Assembly: GCA_965197665.1 (NCBI GenBank)
Contig: CBDANO010000003.1
Location: forward strand, 361,924-425,923
Reading direction: 5' to 3'
Source of the DNA: Dehalococcoidia bacterium
Lineage (GTDB): Bacteria; Chloroflexota; Dehalococcoidia; Lucifugimonadales; UBA3495
DNA: 64,000 bases
Part shown: positions 10,767 through 20,248 of the stretch, in pieces
How positions within the stretch are numbered: position 1 is the stretch's first letter
Layout of the letters: each line of letters starts with the position of its first letter
Program-made: the position numbers and the translations under genes
The notes under the pieces: generated by a model
The model's database searches: none
What the model was told of the DNA's origin: nothing
The model's input: only the letters and a program-made list of their open reading frames with translations

Positions 10767-12410
10767 ATGGAACCTATCGTCGACGTAGCGGCCCGACTGG
10801 GACTCGATGAGGAGCATCTAATCCCCTACGGGCGATATAAAGCTAAGATTTCTCTTGACGCCATGGCCGCCGAGAGCGCTACTTCGAGCGGACGGCGGCG
10901 GGGCAAGCTGGTGGTGGTGACGGGCATCACCCCCACGCCGGCGGGGGAAGGCAAAACGACGACGGCCATCGGCCTCACCCAGGGTCTAGGCAAACTGGGA
11001 CGCAATGCGGTGGTTACCCTCAGAGAGCCGACGTTGGGGCCGATCTACGGTATCAAAGGCGGCGGCACCGGCGGGGGCAACGCCCGGGTGTTGCCTGAAG
11101 ACGAAATCAACATCCACTTTACCGGCGACGCTCACGCGGTGGCGTCGGCCCACAACCTGCTGGCCGCTCTGGTGGACAATGCGGTGTACCGCAACGCGGT
11201 ACCGGGTCTGGAAGCCTCCGGTATTAGCTGGTCCCGGGTAACCGACGCTTCAGACCGGGCCCTGCGCCAAGTCGTAACCGGGATAGGCGGCGACGCCAAT
11301 AGCCCGCTGCGGGAGACCCGGTTCGACATAGTTTCCGCCTCGGAGATCATGGCTATCCTGGCCTTGGCGGCCGGACCGGAGGACCTGCGGGCGCGGATTT
11401 CCCGCTTGGTGGTGGGGACCACTAGGGGCAACGAACCGGTCTCGGTTGACTCCTTGGGAGTTACTGGACCCGTGATGACGCTGCTGCGCCAAGCTATCTT
11501 GCCCAACTTGGTCCAAACCTTGGAAGGCCAACCGGCGATAATCCACGCCGGTCCCTTCGGCAACATAGCCCATGGCTGCAACTCTATCATCGCCGACCGC
11601 TTGGCCCTGGAGTATACCGACTTCGTCATAACGGAAGCGGGGTTCGCCTCGGACCTGGGGTTCGAGAAGTTCATGCACATCAAAGCGAGACAAAGCGGTT
11701 TGCTGCCCAACGCCGCGGTCTTGGTGGCCTCGGTGCGGGCGCTGAAGTGGCACGGCGGCACTCCCAGGAGGGACCTGGAATCTCCCAATCCTAAAGCGGT
11801 GCGGGACGGCGCTGCGAACCTGGAGCACCACATCGATGCCGTGAGCAGCTTCGGCGTGCCGGTGGTGGTGTGCGTCAATCGTTTCGATAGCGACAGCCCG
11901 GAGGAACTGCGAGAAGTCGCGGCCATCGCTTCCGAAGCCGGCGTCCAAGCCACCGCTGAGTGCTCGGGTTTTGCCAACGGCGGCGCCGGAGGGACGGAGT
12001 TGGCCGAAGCGGTGGTGAGGGCGGCCGGGGAAACGCCCGAGGTCAACTATGCTTACTCCTTGGACGCCGACGTGGAGGAAAAAGTGCTGGCATTGGCCCG
12101 GAGGATATATGGGGCCGACGACGTGAGTTGGTCGCCCGAGGCGCGCCGCCGGGTCCGCTACTTCCAAGACCAAGGTTGGGGTAACCTGCCCATCTGCATG
12201 GCCAAGACTCATTTGTCCACCTCCCACGACCCATCCCGGAGGGGCAGCCCGCGAGGGTATACCTTCCCAATCTCCGACATCCGAGCTTCCGTGGGGGCGG
12301 GTTTCCTCTACCCGCTGGCCGGTACGATAGCGACGCTGCCGGGACTGCCTTCGAAGCCCCGGGCCTTGGACATGGACGTGGATTCCTCGGGAGAGATCGT
12401 CGGGCTTTAG
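10767..12410 (+). CDS. fhs: Formate--tetrahydrofolate ligase
   Basis: 547-aa ORF with the GITPTPAGEGKTTT nucleotide-binding loop. The full length resembles Fhs. Confidence 0.92.
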   Translation: MEPIVDVAARLGLDEEHLIPYGRYKAKISLDAMAAESATSSGRRRGKLVVVTGITPTPAGEGKTTTAIGLTQGLGKLGRNAVVTLREPTLGPIYGIKGGGTGGGNARVLPEDEINIHFTGDAHAVASAHNLLAALVDNAVYRNAVPGLEASGISWSRVTDASDRALRQVVTGIGGDANSPLRETRFDIVSASEIMAILALAAGPEDLRARISRLVVGTTRGNEPVSVDSLGVTGPVMTLLRQAILPNLVQTLEGQPAIIHAGPFGNIAHGCNSIIADRLALEYTDFVITEAGFASDLGFEKFMHIKARQSGLLPNAAVLVASVRALKWHGGTPRRDLESPNPKAVRDGAANLEHHIDAVSSFGVPVVVCVNRFDSDSPEELREVAAIASEAGVQATAECSGFANGGAGGTELAEAVVRAAGETPEVNYAYSLDADVEEKVLALARRIYGADDVSWSPEARRRVRYFQDQGWGNLPICMAKTHLSTSHDPSRRGSPRGYTFPISDIRASVGAGFLYPLAGTIATLPGLPSKPRALDMDVDSSGEIVGL

Positions 12411-12478
12411 GGACCCTCGCCCGAAGCCTTCACTTGAAGCTCACACTCGGGTGGACGAGGGGGCAAGAAACTTGGTAC

Positions 12479-12490
12479 GGGGGGGGGGGG
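12479..12490. repeat. G12 homopolymer tract in an intergenic region
   Basis: Twelve consecutive G residues, about 60 nt upstream of the NIPSNAP gene start. Confidence 0.9.
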
Positions 12491-12548
12491 CTGCCCGACG
12501 GATATAGCCTGTATACGGCGCAAATTTGAGTAGGAGCAGGAGGAAAGG

Positions 12549-12869
12549 ATGATCTACGACTTTCGAGTTTACACGTTGAAGCCGGGGGCCACCCCCGATT
12601 ACATGGCGGCGGTCAAGGAATTGGCTCTGCCCATCCGGGAGAAGTACGGGATCAAGTTGGCCGGTTGGTACTACAGCGACATAGGGGTGTTGAACCAGGT
12701 GGTCCACATTTGGGGGTACCGAGACGAGGAACACTTGAGCGAAGCTAAAGCCCAAGTCTACGCCGACCCCGATTGGATCGAGAAGTACGTCCCTAGGGTG
12801 AAAGACCTGTTGGTGGAGCAGAAGACCTACTTGATGAAGTCACCCGACTTCGCGCCGTCGCCGGCCTAA
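12549..12869 (+). CDS. NIPSNAP-family protein
   Basis: 106-aa ORF with the pattern MIYDFRVYTLKPG ... VVHIWGY, as in NIPSNAP dimeric alpha-beta barrel proteins. A GGAGGA RBS is present. Confidence 0.7.
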   Translation: MIYDFRVYTLKPGATPDYMAAVKELALPIREKYGIKLAGWYYSDIGVLNQVVHIWGYRDEEHLSEAKAQVYADPDWIEKYVPRVKDLLVEQKTYLMKSPDFAPSPA

Positions 12870-12910
12870 GGGTCGCTCAAGCCCCCGGCCCCGGGTCGGC
12901 CGTGCCTCGC

Positions 12911-14011
12911 TCAGCTATGGCATCCCCTCGCTTGGATGTCCCAGACCGCCTCTACCTTTCCGTCCCGAACGCCGATGAACCGGTCCCAGCGGCTTACCAT
13001 AGCGTCCTGCTGGGCGGGCAGCAGAGTTATCTGGTCTCCGACGCGGAGTTCCACGCCGTCGTCGACGCGGAAAACGGCGTGGTAGGAATCCATTGACTCC
13101 ACGGTTACGCCCCGGCGGTTTTCCACCTTGGGCAGCCCTTTCACCATAGACAGGGCCTTAACGCCGGCGTCGCCTACGGCCACACCGGGGCGCGGCGTGC
13201 TGATGACGGTGGCCAAGACCTTTCCGGCATGGCTGAAGTCAGGCATGTAATCGTAGCCGGTGTCCATAACCAGGTAGCTGCCCCCCTGTACCTCGGTTAC
13301 GCCGGGGATCTCTCCGGCCACGTCGAAGCTCCAAGTTTCGCCGGTGGAAACAATCTCCACGGGAATTCCCGCGGCCTCTATGCCGTCTTTAAGGTCGATG
13401 ACGTTCTGGATAACGCGGCGGGCTTCGGTTGCCCGGTCCTCCCGGTCCGGCATGGGAGTGATTACCTGGTGGCTCATGATCCCCCGGAAGGTAAGTCCGG
13501 GCAAGGAATGGATGGTCCGGGCCAGAGCCACTCCCTGCTCGGTATCCTGGACGCCGCAGCGTACGATACCGGTTTCCAGCTCGATGACGACGCCTAGATT
13601 CACCCAATGCTCCGTGGCCGCCCGGGAAAGGTCCCGGGCGTTCTGCGGGTCGTCGCAAGCCACTATCATTTCCGCTTGTTGGGCCAAGGCGCACAGCCGC
13701 TCGATCTTTAGAGGCGCGACGATCTCGCTGGTAATGAGCACGCTGGGTATGCCGCCGTGGACCATCACTTCGGCTTCCGAGACCTTGGCGGCGCATACCC
13801 CGCCGACGGTGCCCCCTCGCCGAATCTGACGGTGAGCCAACGCGGGAGTCTTGTGGTTCTTGCTATGGCCGCGCAGCTTGGTGGGCAGGCCGGCGTAGCA
13901 GGCGGATATGGCGTCCATATTACGGTCGAGAGCGTCCATGTCTAGAATCAGGCACGGCGTATCCAACTCTTCAACCGGCGTGCCCGGCGGGGGACGGTAG
14001 TTCTGGTCCAT
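12911..14011 (-). CDS. DSD1 / D-threonine aldolase-family PLP enzyme (alanine racemase N-terminal-like barrel)
   Basis: 366-aa ORF. The motifs ELDTPCLILDMDALDRNM and the lysine region LRGHSKNHKT match this family. Confidence 0.75.
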   Translation of the reverse strand: MDQNYRPPPGTPVEELDTPCLILDMDALDRNMDAISACYAGLPTKLRGHSKNHKTPALAHRQIRRGGTVGGVCAAKVSEAEVMVHGGIPSVLITSEIVAPLKIERLCALAQQAEMIVACDDPQNARDLSRAATEHWVNLGVVIELETGIVRCGVQDTEQGVALARTIHSLPGLTFRGIMSHQVITPMPDREDRATEARRVIQNVIDLKDGIEAAGIPVEIVSTGETWSFDVAGEIPGVTEVQGGSYLVMDTGYDYMPDFSHAGKVLATVISTPRPGVAVGDAGVKALSMVKGLPKVENRRGVTVESMDSYHAVFRVDDGVELRVGDQITLLPAQQDAMVSRWDRFIGVRDGKVEAVWDIQARGCHS

Positions 14012-14070
14012 AGCGAGCCTCCTAGCCTGATATTATCCTGTTTATGTAATTTTCATGTGATTCTGGGGGG

Positions 14071-15216
14071 TCAGCCGAAGCGGCCGCGCCCGGCCAGCGG
14101 CCAAAACCCTTGCAGCTTCCCGTCCCGCACCGCCCGGATGTAGTCATACTGGTTGAGGGCAAGGCCGAGGGAGTAGGGGAGCAGCCAGACCTTTTCGCCG
14201 GGTCGAAATTGTTGGCGGGCCGCGCCTTCCAACTCCAGGACGCCGTGCTCGGCGCTAAAGCGGGCGGCCCGGGCGCCGGGGAACCCCTCCAATACCGGCA
14301 AGCCCAAGTCGGGTCCGGTGGCTTTGTGGCCAGCATCCGTTACCGCTCGACGGTCCACCGGATGGCTGATCACCTCGGTAAGTATCTTGGCGGCTTGGCC
14401 GAACTCGGGGCGCAGTTGGCAGTAGCCGTAGTCCATCAGGGGATAGGAGCCGGCTCGGACCTCGGTAATGCCGGATGCGTCAGCGGCAATGTCATAGTTA
14501 TGGGTGCCGCTTACGCTAACGACGTCCACCGGCATCCCCGCCGCCTCGATTAGCTCCCTGGTGTCAACCACGGTCTGTAGCTGGCGCCTCGCGTCGGCTT
14601 CCAGCGCCGCTGGGTCCGGGAACGCCGGCGCCTCTTGCTCTTGATCACCCTTCGCCGGAGTGGGAACCGGGAAAGTCGCCATCAATCCGGAGAAGCTCAG
14701 ACCGGGGCGGCCGTCGGCGTGCCGGGCAAGGTCCAACGCCGGTCTTCCCGGGTCCACGCCGCAGCGGCCCAAGCCCGCGTCCAACTCCACCAGCGCTTGC
14801 AGAGTTACGCCGGAGGCCGCGGCCGCTTCCGACAGGGCGTCCACGTTCCGGGGGTCGTCTACGGCGACGGTAATCCGGCCTCGCTTGGCCAAGGCGCACA
14901 ACCGGCCGATCTTGCCGCGAGTCACCACTTGGTTGGCGATTAGAATGTCGTTGAACCCGCTTGCGCTGAAGGCCTCCGCCTCTCCCAGGGTGGTTACGCT
15001 GACTCCCCCCACGGTACCGCCGGCCTCTAGCTGCAGGTGAGCGATTTGAGGGCACTGGTGGCCACCGGCGTGGGGGCGGAGCTTGGCGGTGGACTGCCGG
15101 AACTTCCCGTGCAGAACGTCGATGTTGCGTTCCATCACGGCCAAGTCCACGACCAGCGCGGGAGTGTCCAACTCCTCCACAGCGGCGCCTACGGGCTGAA
15201 ATACTGGGCGTTCCAT
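14071..15216 (-). CDS. DSD1-family paralogue lacking the expected PLP-lysine motif
   Basis: 381-aa ORF, colinear with 12911..14011 (ELDTPALVVDLAVMERNI). The lysine region reads LRPHAGGHQC. Confidence 0.7.
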   Translation of the reverse strand: MERPVFQPVGAAVEELDTPALVVDLAVMERNIDVLHGKFRQSTAKLRPHAGGHQCPQIAHLQLEAGGTVGGVSVTTLGEAEAFSASGFNDILIANQVVTRGKIGRLCALAKRGRITVAVDDPRNVDALSEAAAASGVTLQALVELDAGLGRCGVDPGRPALDLARHADGRPGLSFSGLMATFPVPTPAKGDQEQEAPAFPDPAALEADARRQLQTVVDTRELIEAAGMPVDVVSVSGTHNYDIAADASGITEVRAGSYPLMDYGYCQLRPEFGQAAKILTEVISHPVDRRAVTDAGHKATGPDLGLPVLEGFPGARAARFSAEHGVLELEGAARQQFRPGEKVWLLPYSLGLALNQYDYIRAVRDGKLQGFWPLAGRGRFG

Positions 15217-15413
15217 ACCATCGTTCCTTTACGTTGTTCCTTTACTCAGTCGTATTAGGAGAGTACGAGAGCTACCGGTCCCTTGGCAAGCCGTATAGAA
15301 GAATATCACAAAAATAGTTAGCGTTCCGCATCGATATTACCCGGCCCATGACGCTGTGCAAATACTGACAAGAAAAGGTTGATTGGCCCCGGCCGTTGCA
15401 CTAGCATAGCCCC

Positions 15414-17702
15414 GTGCTTGAGCGCCTGAAAGCCCACTTCGGGTTCGACCGATTCCTGCCATTGCAAGAAGAGGTCGTGAATCACGTCTTCGCCCGGGAA
15501 GACGCTTTGGTCGTGATGCCCACCGGCGGTGGAAAATCCTTGTGCTACCAACTGCCGGCCGTATGCTTCCCTGGGCTTACCGTCGTGATTTCCCCGTTGA
15601 TTGCTCTGATGAAGGACCAAGTGGACAACCTCAACGCCAACGGTATTGCCGCGGCCTTCATCAACAGCACGCTAACCTCGGCCGAAATCGCTCGGACCCA
15701 GGCTCGGGCGCGAGATGGTTCCCTCAAGATTCTATACCTTGCCCCCGAGCGGCTGGCGCTGCCCGGATTCCGGGACTTTTTGAGGACCCTGGACATTAGT
15801 CTCTTTGCCATCGATGAGGCCCACTGTATTTCGGAATGGGGTCACGACTTTCGCCCGGACTATCTGAACCTCAAGACGCTGCGGGCCGACTTCCCGACCG
15901 TACCGGTTGTCGCCTTGACCTCCACCGCCACCGAAAGGGTGCGCCGCGACATAGCCGGCCAACTGGAGCTCAGGCAGCCCAAGGTGTTCAGCTCGGGCCT
16001 CAACCGGGCCAACCTCACCTATGCGGTGCGGCCCAAACGAGATTCCCGAGATTCCTTTCAGGACCTCCTAACCCTGTTGGAGAAGCGCAAGGGCGACTCG
16101 GCGATCATATACCGGTCTTCCCGGAGCGACACGGAATCAATGGCGGCGGAGCTGTCGGAATACGGTTACAAGTCGGCCCCCTACCACGCCGGGCTGGACC
16201 GCTCAACCCGGCGCGACACTCAAGAGAGCTTCATTAGGGACGAGGTCCAGATGATAGTCGCTACCATCGCCTTCGGTATGGGGATAGACAAGCCCAACAT
16301 TCGCTTGGTGGTGCACTACGATTTGCCAAAGTCCCTTGAAGGCTACTACCAAGAGACGGGGCGCGCCGGGCGAGACGGCCTGCCCGGCGAGTGCGTCCTC
16401 TATTATTCATACGGCGACAAGGTAAAGCACGACTTCTTCATAGAAAAGGTCCAGGACGCGGTGGAGCGGGATAACGCATGGCGAAAGCTGGCGCAGGTGA
16501 TTGATTTCTGCACCCTCCGGACCTGCCGTCGCAAGTACTTGCTGACCTACTTCGGCGATACGTGGGACGGGGATAACTGCGACGGGTGCGACGTCTGTTT
16601 GACTCCTAGAGAGGAGTTCGACGCTACCGAAGTAGCTCAACAAATTCTCTCGACAGTGATACGCACCAAAGAGCGGTTCGGGGCCAAGCACATCGTAAAC
16701 GTGCTCCGGGGCGGGGAAGTCAAGCAAGTGCGCCGGTGGGCCCATGACCGGTTGACCGTTTTTGGAATCGCCAAGGATTGGTCCGACGATGGTCTGACGA
16801 GCGCCATCGACGGGTTGTTGGGAGCGGGGCTGCTGGCAAAGGATAGCGGCGGCTACCCAACCCTGGCCGTCACCAAGGAAGGCCGGGGCTTTCTGAAGAA
16901 CCGGGAGACATTGACCCTCACCCGGCCGGCGCCCTCCGCCGCGGACGCCGGTCCCGGAGTTGGGGAGGGAGCGGAATGCGACCCGGGCTTGATCGAGAAG
17001 CTGCGGGTCCTGCGCAAGCAAATCGCTGACGAACGCGGGGTCCCCGCCTACGTCATTTTTGGCGACGCGACGCTGCGTCAAATGGCCTCCTACTTTCCCC
17101 TGACCCGGGAGAGCTTCGGGCGCATTTCCGGCGTGGGGGCCGTGAAGTTGGAAGAATTCAGCCGTCCGTTCCTGGAGGTAATTAGCGAATATTCCAGGGC
17201 CAACGGCCTCGTGGAGATGCGGGCGCCGCTGGGACGAAGAGAGGCCAAGAACGGCGCCAAACAGGCCGGACCGACCCTGAAGGCCACCAAGGACTTGGTA
17301 TCTCAGAAGCGGACAGTCCGGGACATCGCGGCAACCCGCGGGTTGGCCGAGAGCACCATCATCAATCACCTGCGCCGGTTGATTGAAGCGGGTGAAGAGT
17401 TGGACTTGGAATATCTTATGCCGCAGCCGGACCGGATGGCCAACATAGAAAGAGCCTTCCGCCAAACCGGGGATACTCGTTTAGCCCCGGTACGGGAATT
17501 ACTGGGTGATGAATACCCTTACGACGAGCTCTCCCTGGCTAAGATGGGGCTGCAGCAAAAAGGGTTCTTCGCCGCAAACGGGGATGGTCCGGAAACCGCC
17601 TGGGAGCCGCCCTCTTTCTTGTCGGGGTGGGACAACCCTTGCGTTATGCTTGGACAAGCGATAAGAAACCCGCGCGCGGGGTTAACCAACCCGCGGAATT
17701 AA
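15414..17702 (+). CDS. recQ: ATP-dependent DNA helicase RecQ
   Basis: 762-aa ORF with a GTG start. Motifs are VVMPTGGGKSLCYQ, DEAHCISEWGHDFRPDY and a Cys4 zinc motif (CRRKY...CDGCDVC), with a winged-helix/HRDC-like C-terminus. Confidence 0.9.
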   Translation: MLERLKAHFGFDRFLPLQEEVVNHVFAREDALVVMPTGGGKSLCYQLPAVCFPGLTVVISPLIALMKDQVDNLNANGIAAAFINSTLTSAEIARTQARARDGSLKILYLAPERLALPGFRDFLRTLDISLFAIDEAHCISEWGHDFRPDYLNLKTLRADFPTVPVVALTSTATERVRRDIAGQLELRQPKVFSSGLNRANLTYAVRPKRDSRDSFQDLLTLLEKRKGDSAIIYRSSRSDTESMAAELSEYGYKSAPYHAGLDRSTRRDTQESFIRDEVQMIVATIAFGMGIDKPNIRLVVHYDLPKSLEGYYQETGRAGRDGLPGECVLYYSYGDKVKHDFFIEKVQDAVERDNAWRKLAQVIDFCTLRTCRRKYLLTYFGDTWDGDNCDGCDVCLTPREEFDATEVAQQILSTVIRTKERFGAKHIVNVLRGGEVKQVRRWAHDRLTVFGIAKDWSDDGLTSAIDGLLGAGLLAKDSGGYPTLAVTKEGRGFLKNRETLTLTRPAPSAADAGPGVGEGAECDPGLIEKLRVLRKQIADERGVPAYVIFGDATLRQMASYFPLTRESFGRISGVGAVKLEEFSRPFLEVISEYSRANGLVEMRAPLGRREAKNGAKQAGPTLKATKDLVSQKRTVRDIAATRGLAESTIINHLRRLIEAGEELDLEYLMPQPDRMANIERAFRQTGDTRLAPVRELLGDEYPYDELSLAKMGLQQKGFFAANGDGPETAWEPPSFLSGWDNPCVMLGQAIRNPRAGLTNPRN
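17624..17693 (+). repeat. Copy A of a conserved element of about 70 nt (core TTGGACAAGCGATAAGAAAC...CGGGGTTAA)
   Basis: 53/72 ungapped identities with copy B (22133..22202). 30/36 identities with the core of copy C. It overlaps the last 25 codons of recQ. Confidence 0.7.
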
Positions 17703-18818
17703 CTACAAGGCCAACGCCGCTGCCAGCTTGCGGCGGTGGTGTCTTGGGTCGCCCAAGTAGTGGTACAGGGTGCGTGAAGCACGGGTGTGCAGGACCAGCC
17801 CATACTCGATCATGCTGCCGACTCCGCCGTGGACCTCGTGAGCGAAATTGGCGGCCTGGTAGTAGGCCTCCGAGCCCACGGCTTTGGCCAAGTGCAGGCT
17901 GTCGTCGGCCCGGCGTCCGGTGTCCAGCTTCCACAGGGCCTCGTAGGTGGTCCACCGGGCAGCGTCCAACTGGTTGACCAGGTTGACGACGTGGTCTTGG
18001 ACCCGCTGGAACCGGCCTATCGGTGTGCCGAACTGGATCCTGGTCCGGCTGTATTCCACGGACATTTCGTACATGGCCTGGCACCCGCCCACCTGATAAG
18101 CACTCAGAATCGGGATGGTCCGGGCAATTCCTTGCTGAAGAGCGTCCCATCCTCCTTGGAAAGATAGCCCCAGGAGGTCCGACTCCTCCACAGCCGCGTC
18201 CTCCATCGTGACCTCCGCCAGGTTCCAAGCGAATCCGGGAAGAGAGCGGACTTGCACGCCGGGAGCGTCAGCCGGTACCGCCGCTAGTCCCACCTCGGTG
18301 CCGTAGCGGACCGCACACAAGAAATGGGTAGCGGAGGCGGCGTCGAGGACATAGGCTTTGGCCCCGCTCAATCGAAAGCCGGTGCCGTCGCGCCGGGCAG
18401 CGAGTTGCACGTCTTCCGCGTCCCATCCGTAGTCGGCCTCAGTCACCGCCGGGACTAGGATGCGCTCCCCGGCAGCTAGGCGGGGCAGCCACTCCCGCTT
18501 TTGCTCCTCGGTACCTCCGGCCAGTATCGTGAATACGCTCAGCACCGCGGAGCTCAGGTGGGGGCCAGGCACCGGCCCCCGGCCCAGTTCTTCGAAAAGA
18601 ACGCCGGCGTCGGTGAATGAGCCGCCCTCTCCCTGGTACTCTTGGGGCACCAGTATGCCCAGCCAGCCGGTGGCCGCCAGCTTGCTCCAAGGGTCCGAAG
18701 GTGCGGCTCGGCCCGACGTGGACATCTCCAACAGGGTGTCTCTGGGGTACTCCTGTTGAACGAAGCGGCCGACCGCCGACTTGAGCATTTCTTGGTCGGG
18801 TGTTAATGAAAGGTCCAT
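17703..18818 (-). CDS. Acyl-CoA dehydrogenase family protein
   Basis: 371-aa ORF with overall ACAD-like organisation. It sits in tandem with a second ACAD. Confidence 0.75.
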   Translation of the reverse strand: MDLSLTPDQEMLKSAVGRFVQQEYPRDTLLEMSTSGRAAPSDPWSKLAATGWLGILVPQEYQGEGGSFTDAGVLFEELGRGPVPGPHLSSAVLSVFTILAGGTEEQKREWLPRLAAGERILVPAVTEADYGWDAEDVQLAARRDGTGFRLSGAKAYVLDAASATHFLCAVRYGTEVGLAAVPADAPGVQVRSLPGFAWNLAEVTMEDAAVEESDLLGLSFQGGWDALQQGIARTIPILSAYQVGGCQAMYEMSVEYSRTRIQFGTPIGRFQRVQDHVVNLVNQLDAARWTTYEALWKLDTGRRADDSLHLAKAVGSEAYYQAANFAHEVHGGVGSMIEYGLVLHTRASRTLYHYLGDPRHHRRKLAAALAL

Positions 18819-18888
18819 CAGTCACGTCTCTTGTTGGGATAGCAGCGTCCGGCGCGGGACCTTTTGGCGCCGTCGGAGTGCCGCGCCT

Positions 18889-20121
18889 CTAGGCCATGGC
18901 TCCGGCTTTCTCTTTGACCTCGCGGCCGATGCCGATGCGCCGGGCCATGATGACTTTTTGAATATCGGCGGTGCCGCCAGGGTGAATCGCAACGATGGCC
19001 GACCGGTGATGGGCCTCTACGTGACCCTCGGCCGCGCCCAACTGAGGGTCTTTGGTGAGAGCCGCCGGCCCCAGGATGTCCAGGATGCTTCCGGCCATGC
19101 GCAGCCCCGACATCTTCTTGTAATACGATACTTGGGGCCCTTCGTAGGTCATGCCGGCCCCGCTGTGGCGCATCCAGTAATTGCGAAGGTTGAATAAACG
19201 GCAAATCTCCGCCTCTACGTAGATGTCCACCAAGCGGTCCCGCACGTCCGGGTCTTGGGTCAAGGGCCGGCCCCGGCGTTGCGTATTCCGGCAGTGCTCG
19301 AAGAGCCGGCCCACCAGCCGGTTTCGAGCGATTCGGCCCCCGCTGCCGTGCTCCAACTCCAAATGAGTAGTAGCTACTTTCCAGCCCTCGTTCTCGCCAC
19401 CCACCAAATGGAAGCCGGGGACCCGCACGTTATCGAAGTACACTATGTTCTTGATCCCGGATCCGGCGCCCGATTCACCCCCAGCTATCAAGAGGTCCAT
19501 GGGGGCCACGGTGATTCCGGGCAGGTCCGCCGGGATCAAGAACCAACCCAGGTTCTGATGCCTGGGGGCTTCGGGGTCGGTCCGGGTCAGGGTCCACATA
19601 TAATCGCATCCAAAGGCGCTGCCTACGAAGACCTTTTGGCCGTTGATGAGATAGTCGCCGCCGTCGGCCTGCGCCGTCGTCTTTACGTTGGCCACGTCGG
19701 AACCGGCCTCGGGTTCGGTCAGCAACTGCCAGGTGCGGACCTCGCCCCGGAACATCTGGGGAAGGAAGGTTTTCTTTTGCTCCTCGGAACCCCAAACCAG
19801 GATTGACTCTCCCCCCAAGTGACCGCCGGTGTCGTAGTAAGGAGGGATGGTCAGCCCGTAGGAGTCCACCTCTTCCTCCAACACCACCGAGTGGTCCAGC
19901 GAAAGGCCGCCGCCGCCGTACTCCACCGGGGCGGTGGGCCACAGCCAGCCCTTGGCCCCCAGGCGCCGCCCCAAGTCACGGCGAAGTTGGTATTGCTCGT
20001 AGGTCAACTCGGCCCCGTCCGGCGGATGAACGACGCCTGAGGGCACGTTCTGCTTCAGCCACTCCCGCACCTCCAAGCGGAACTGTTCTTGCTCTATGGT
20101 ATACGTGGGCTCGAAGTCCAT
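18889..20121 (-). CDS. Acyl-CoA dehydrogenase
   Basis: 410-aa ORF with the LLTEPEAGSDVANVKT motif typical of ACADs. Confidence 0.85.
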   Translation of the reverse strand: MDFEPTYTIEQEQFRLEVREWLKQNVPSGVVHPPDGAELTYEQYQLRRDLGRRLGAKGWLWPTAPVEYGGGGLSLDHSVVLEEEVDSYGLTIPPYYDTGGHLGGESILVWGSEEQKKTFLPQMFRGEVRTWQLLTEPEAGSDVANVKTTAQADGGDYLINGQKVFVGSAFGCDYMWTLTRTDPEAPRHQNLGWFLIPADLPGITVAPMDLLIAGGESGAGSGIKNIVYFDNVRVPGFHLVGGENEGWKVATTHLELEHGSGGRIARNRLVGRLFEHCRNTQRRGRPLTQDPDVRDRLVDIYVEAEICRLFNLRNYWMRHSGAGMTYEGPQVSYYKKMSGLRMAGSILDILGPAALTKDPQLGAAEGHVEAHHRSAIVAIHPGGTADIQKVIMARRIGIGREVKEKAGAMA

Positions 20122-20248
20122 GTGAACCTCCGCGGGCGTCGGCCCCCAGCTTTTTGAGCGTACCTTGGGCCTGGTTTTATTTTATGCGCGGCGATGGATT
20201 ATTTTTCATAGCGTTGAGTGGAAGCAACCCTCGTACCGGGACCCCTCT

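Noticed and set aside
17600-17702. Idea that recQ really ends before repeat copy A, making the repeat purely intergenic.
   Set aside because: There is no in-frame stop before 17700, so the element is kept as overlapping the recQ 3' end. The last 25 or so residues may still be non-conserved.
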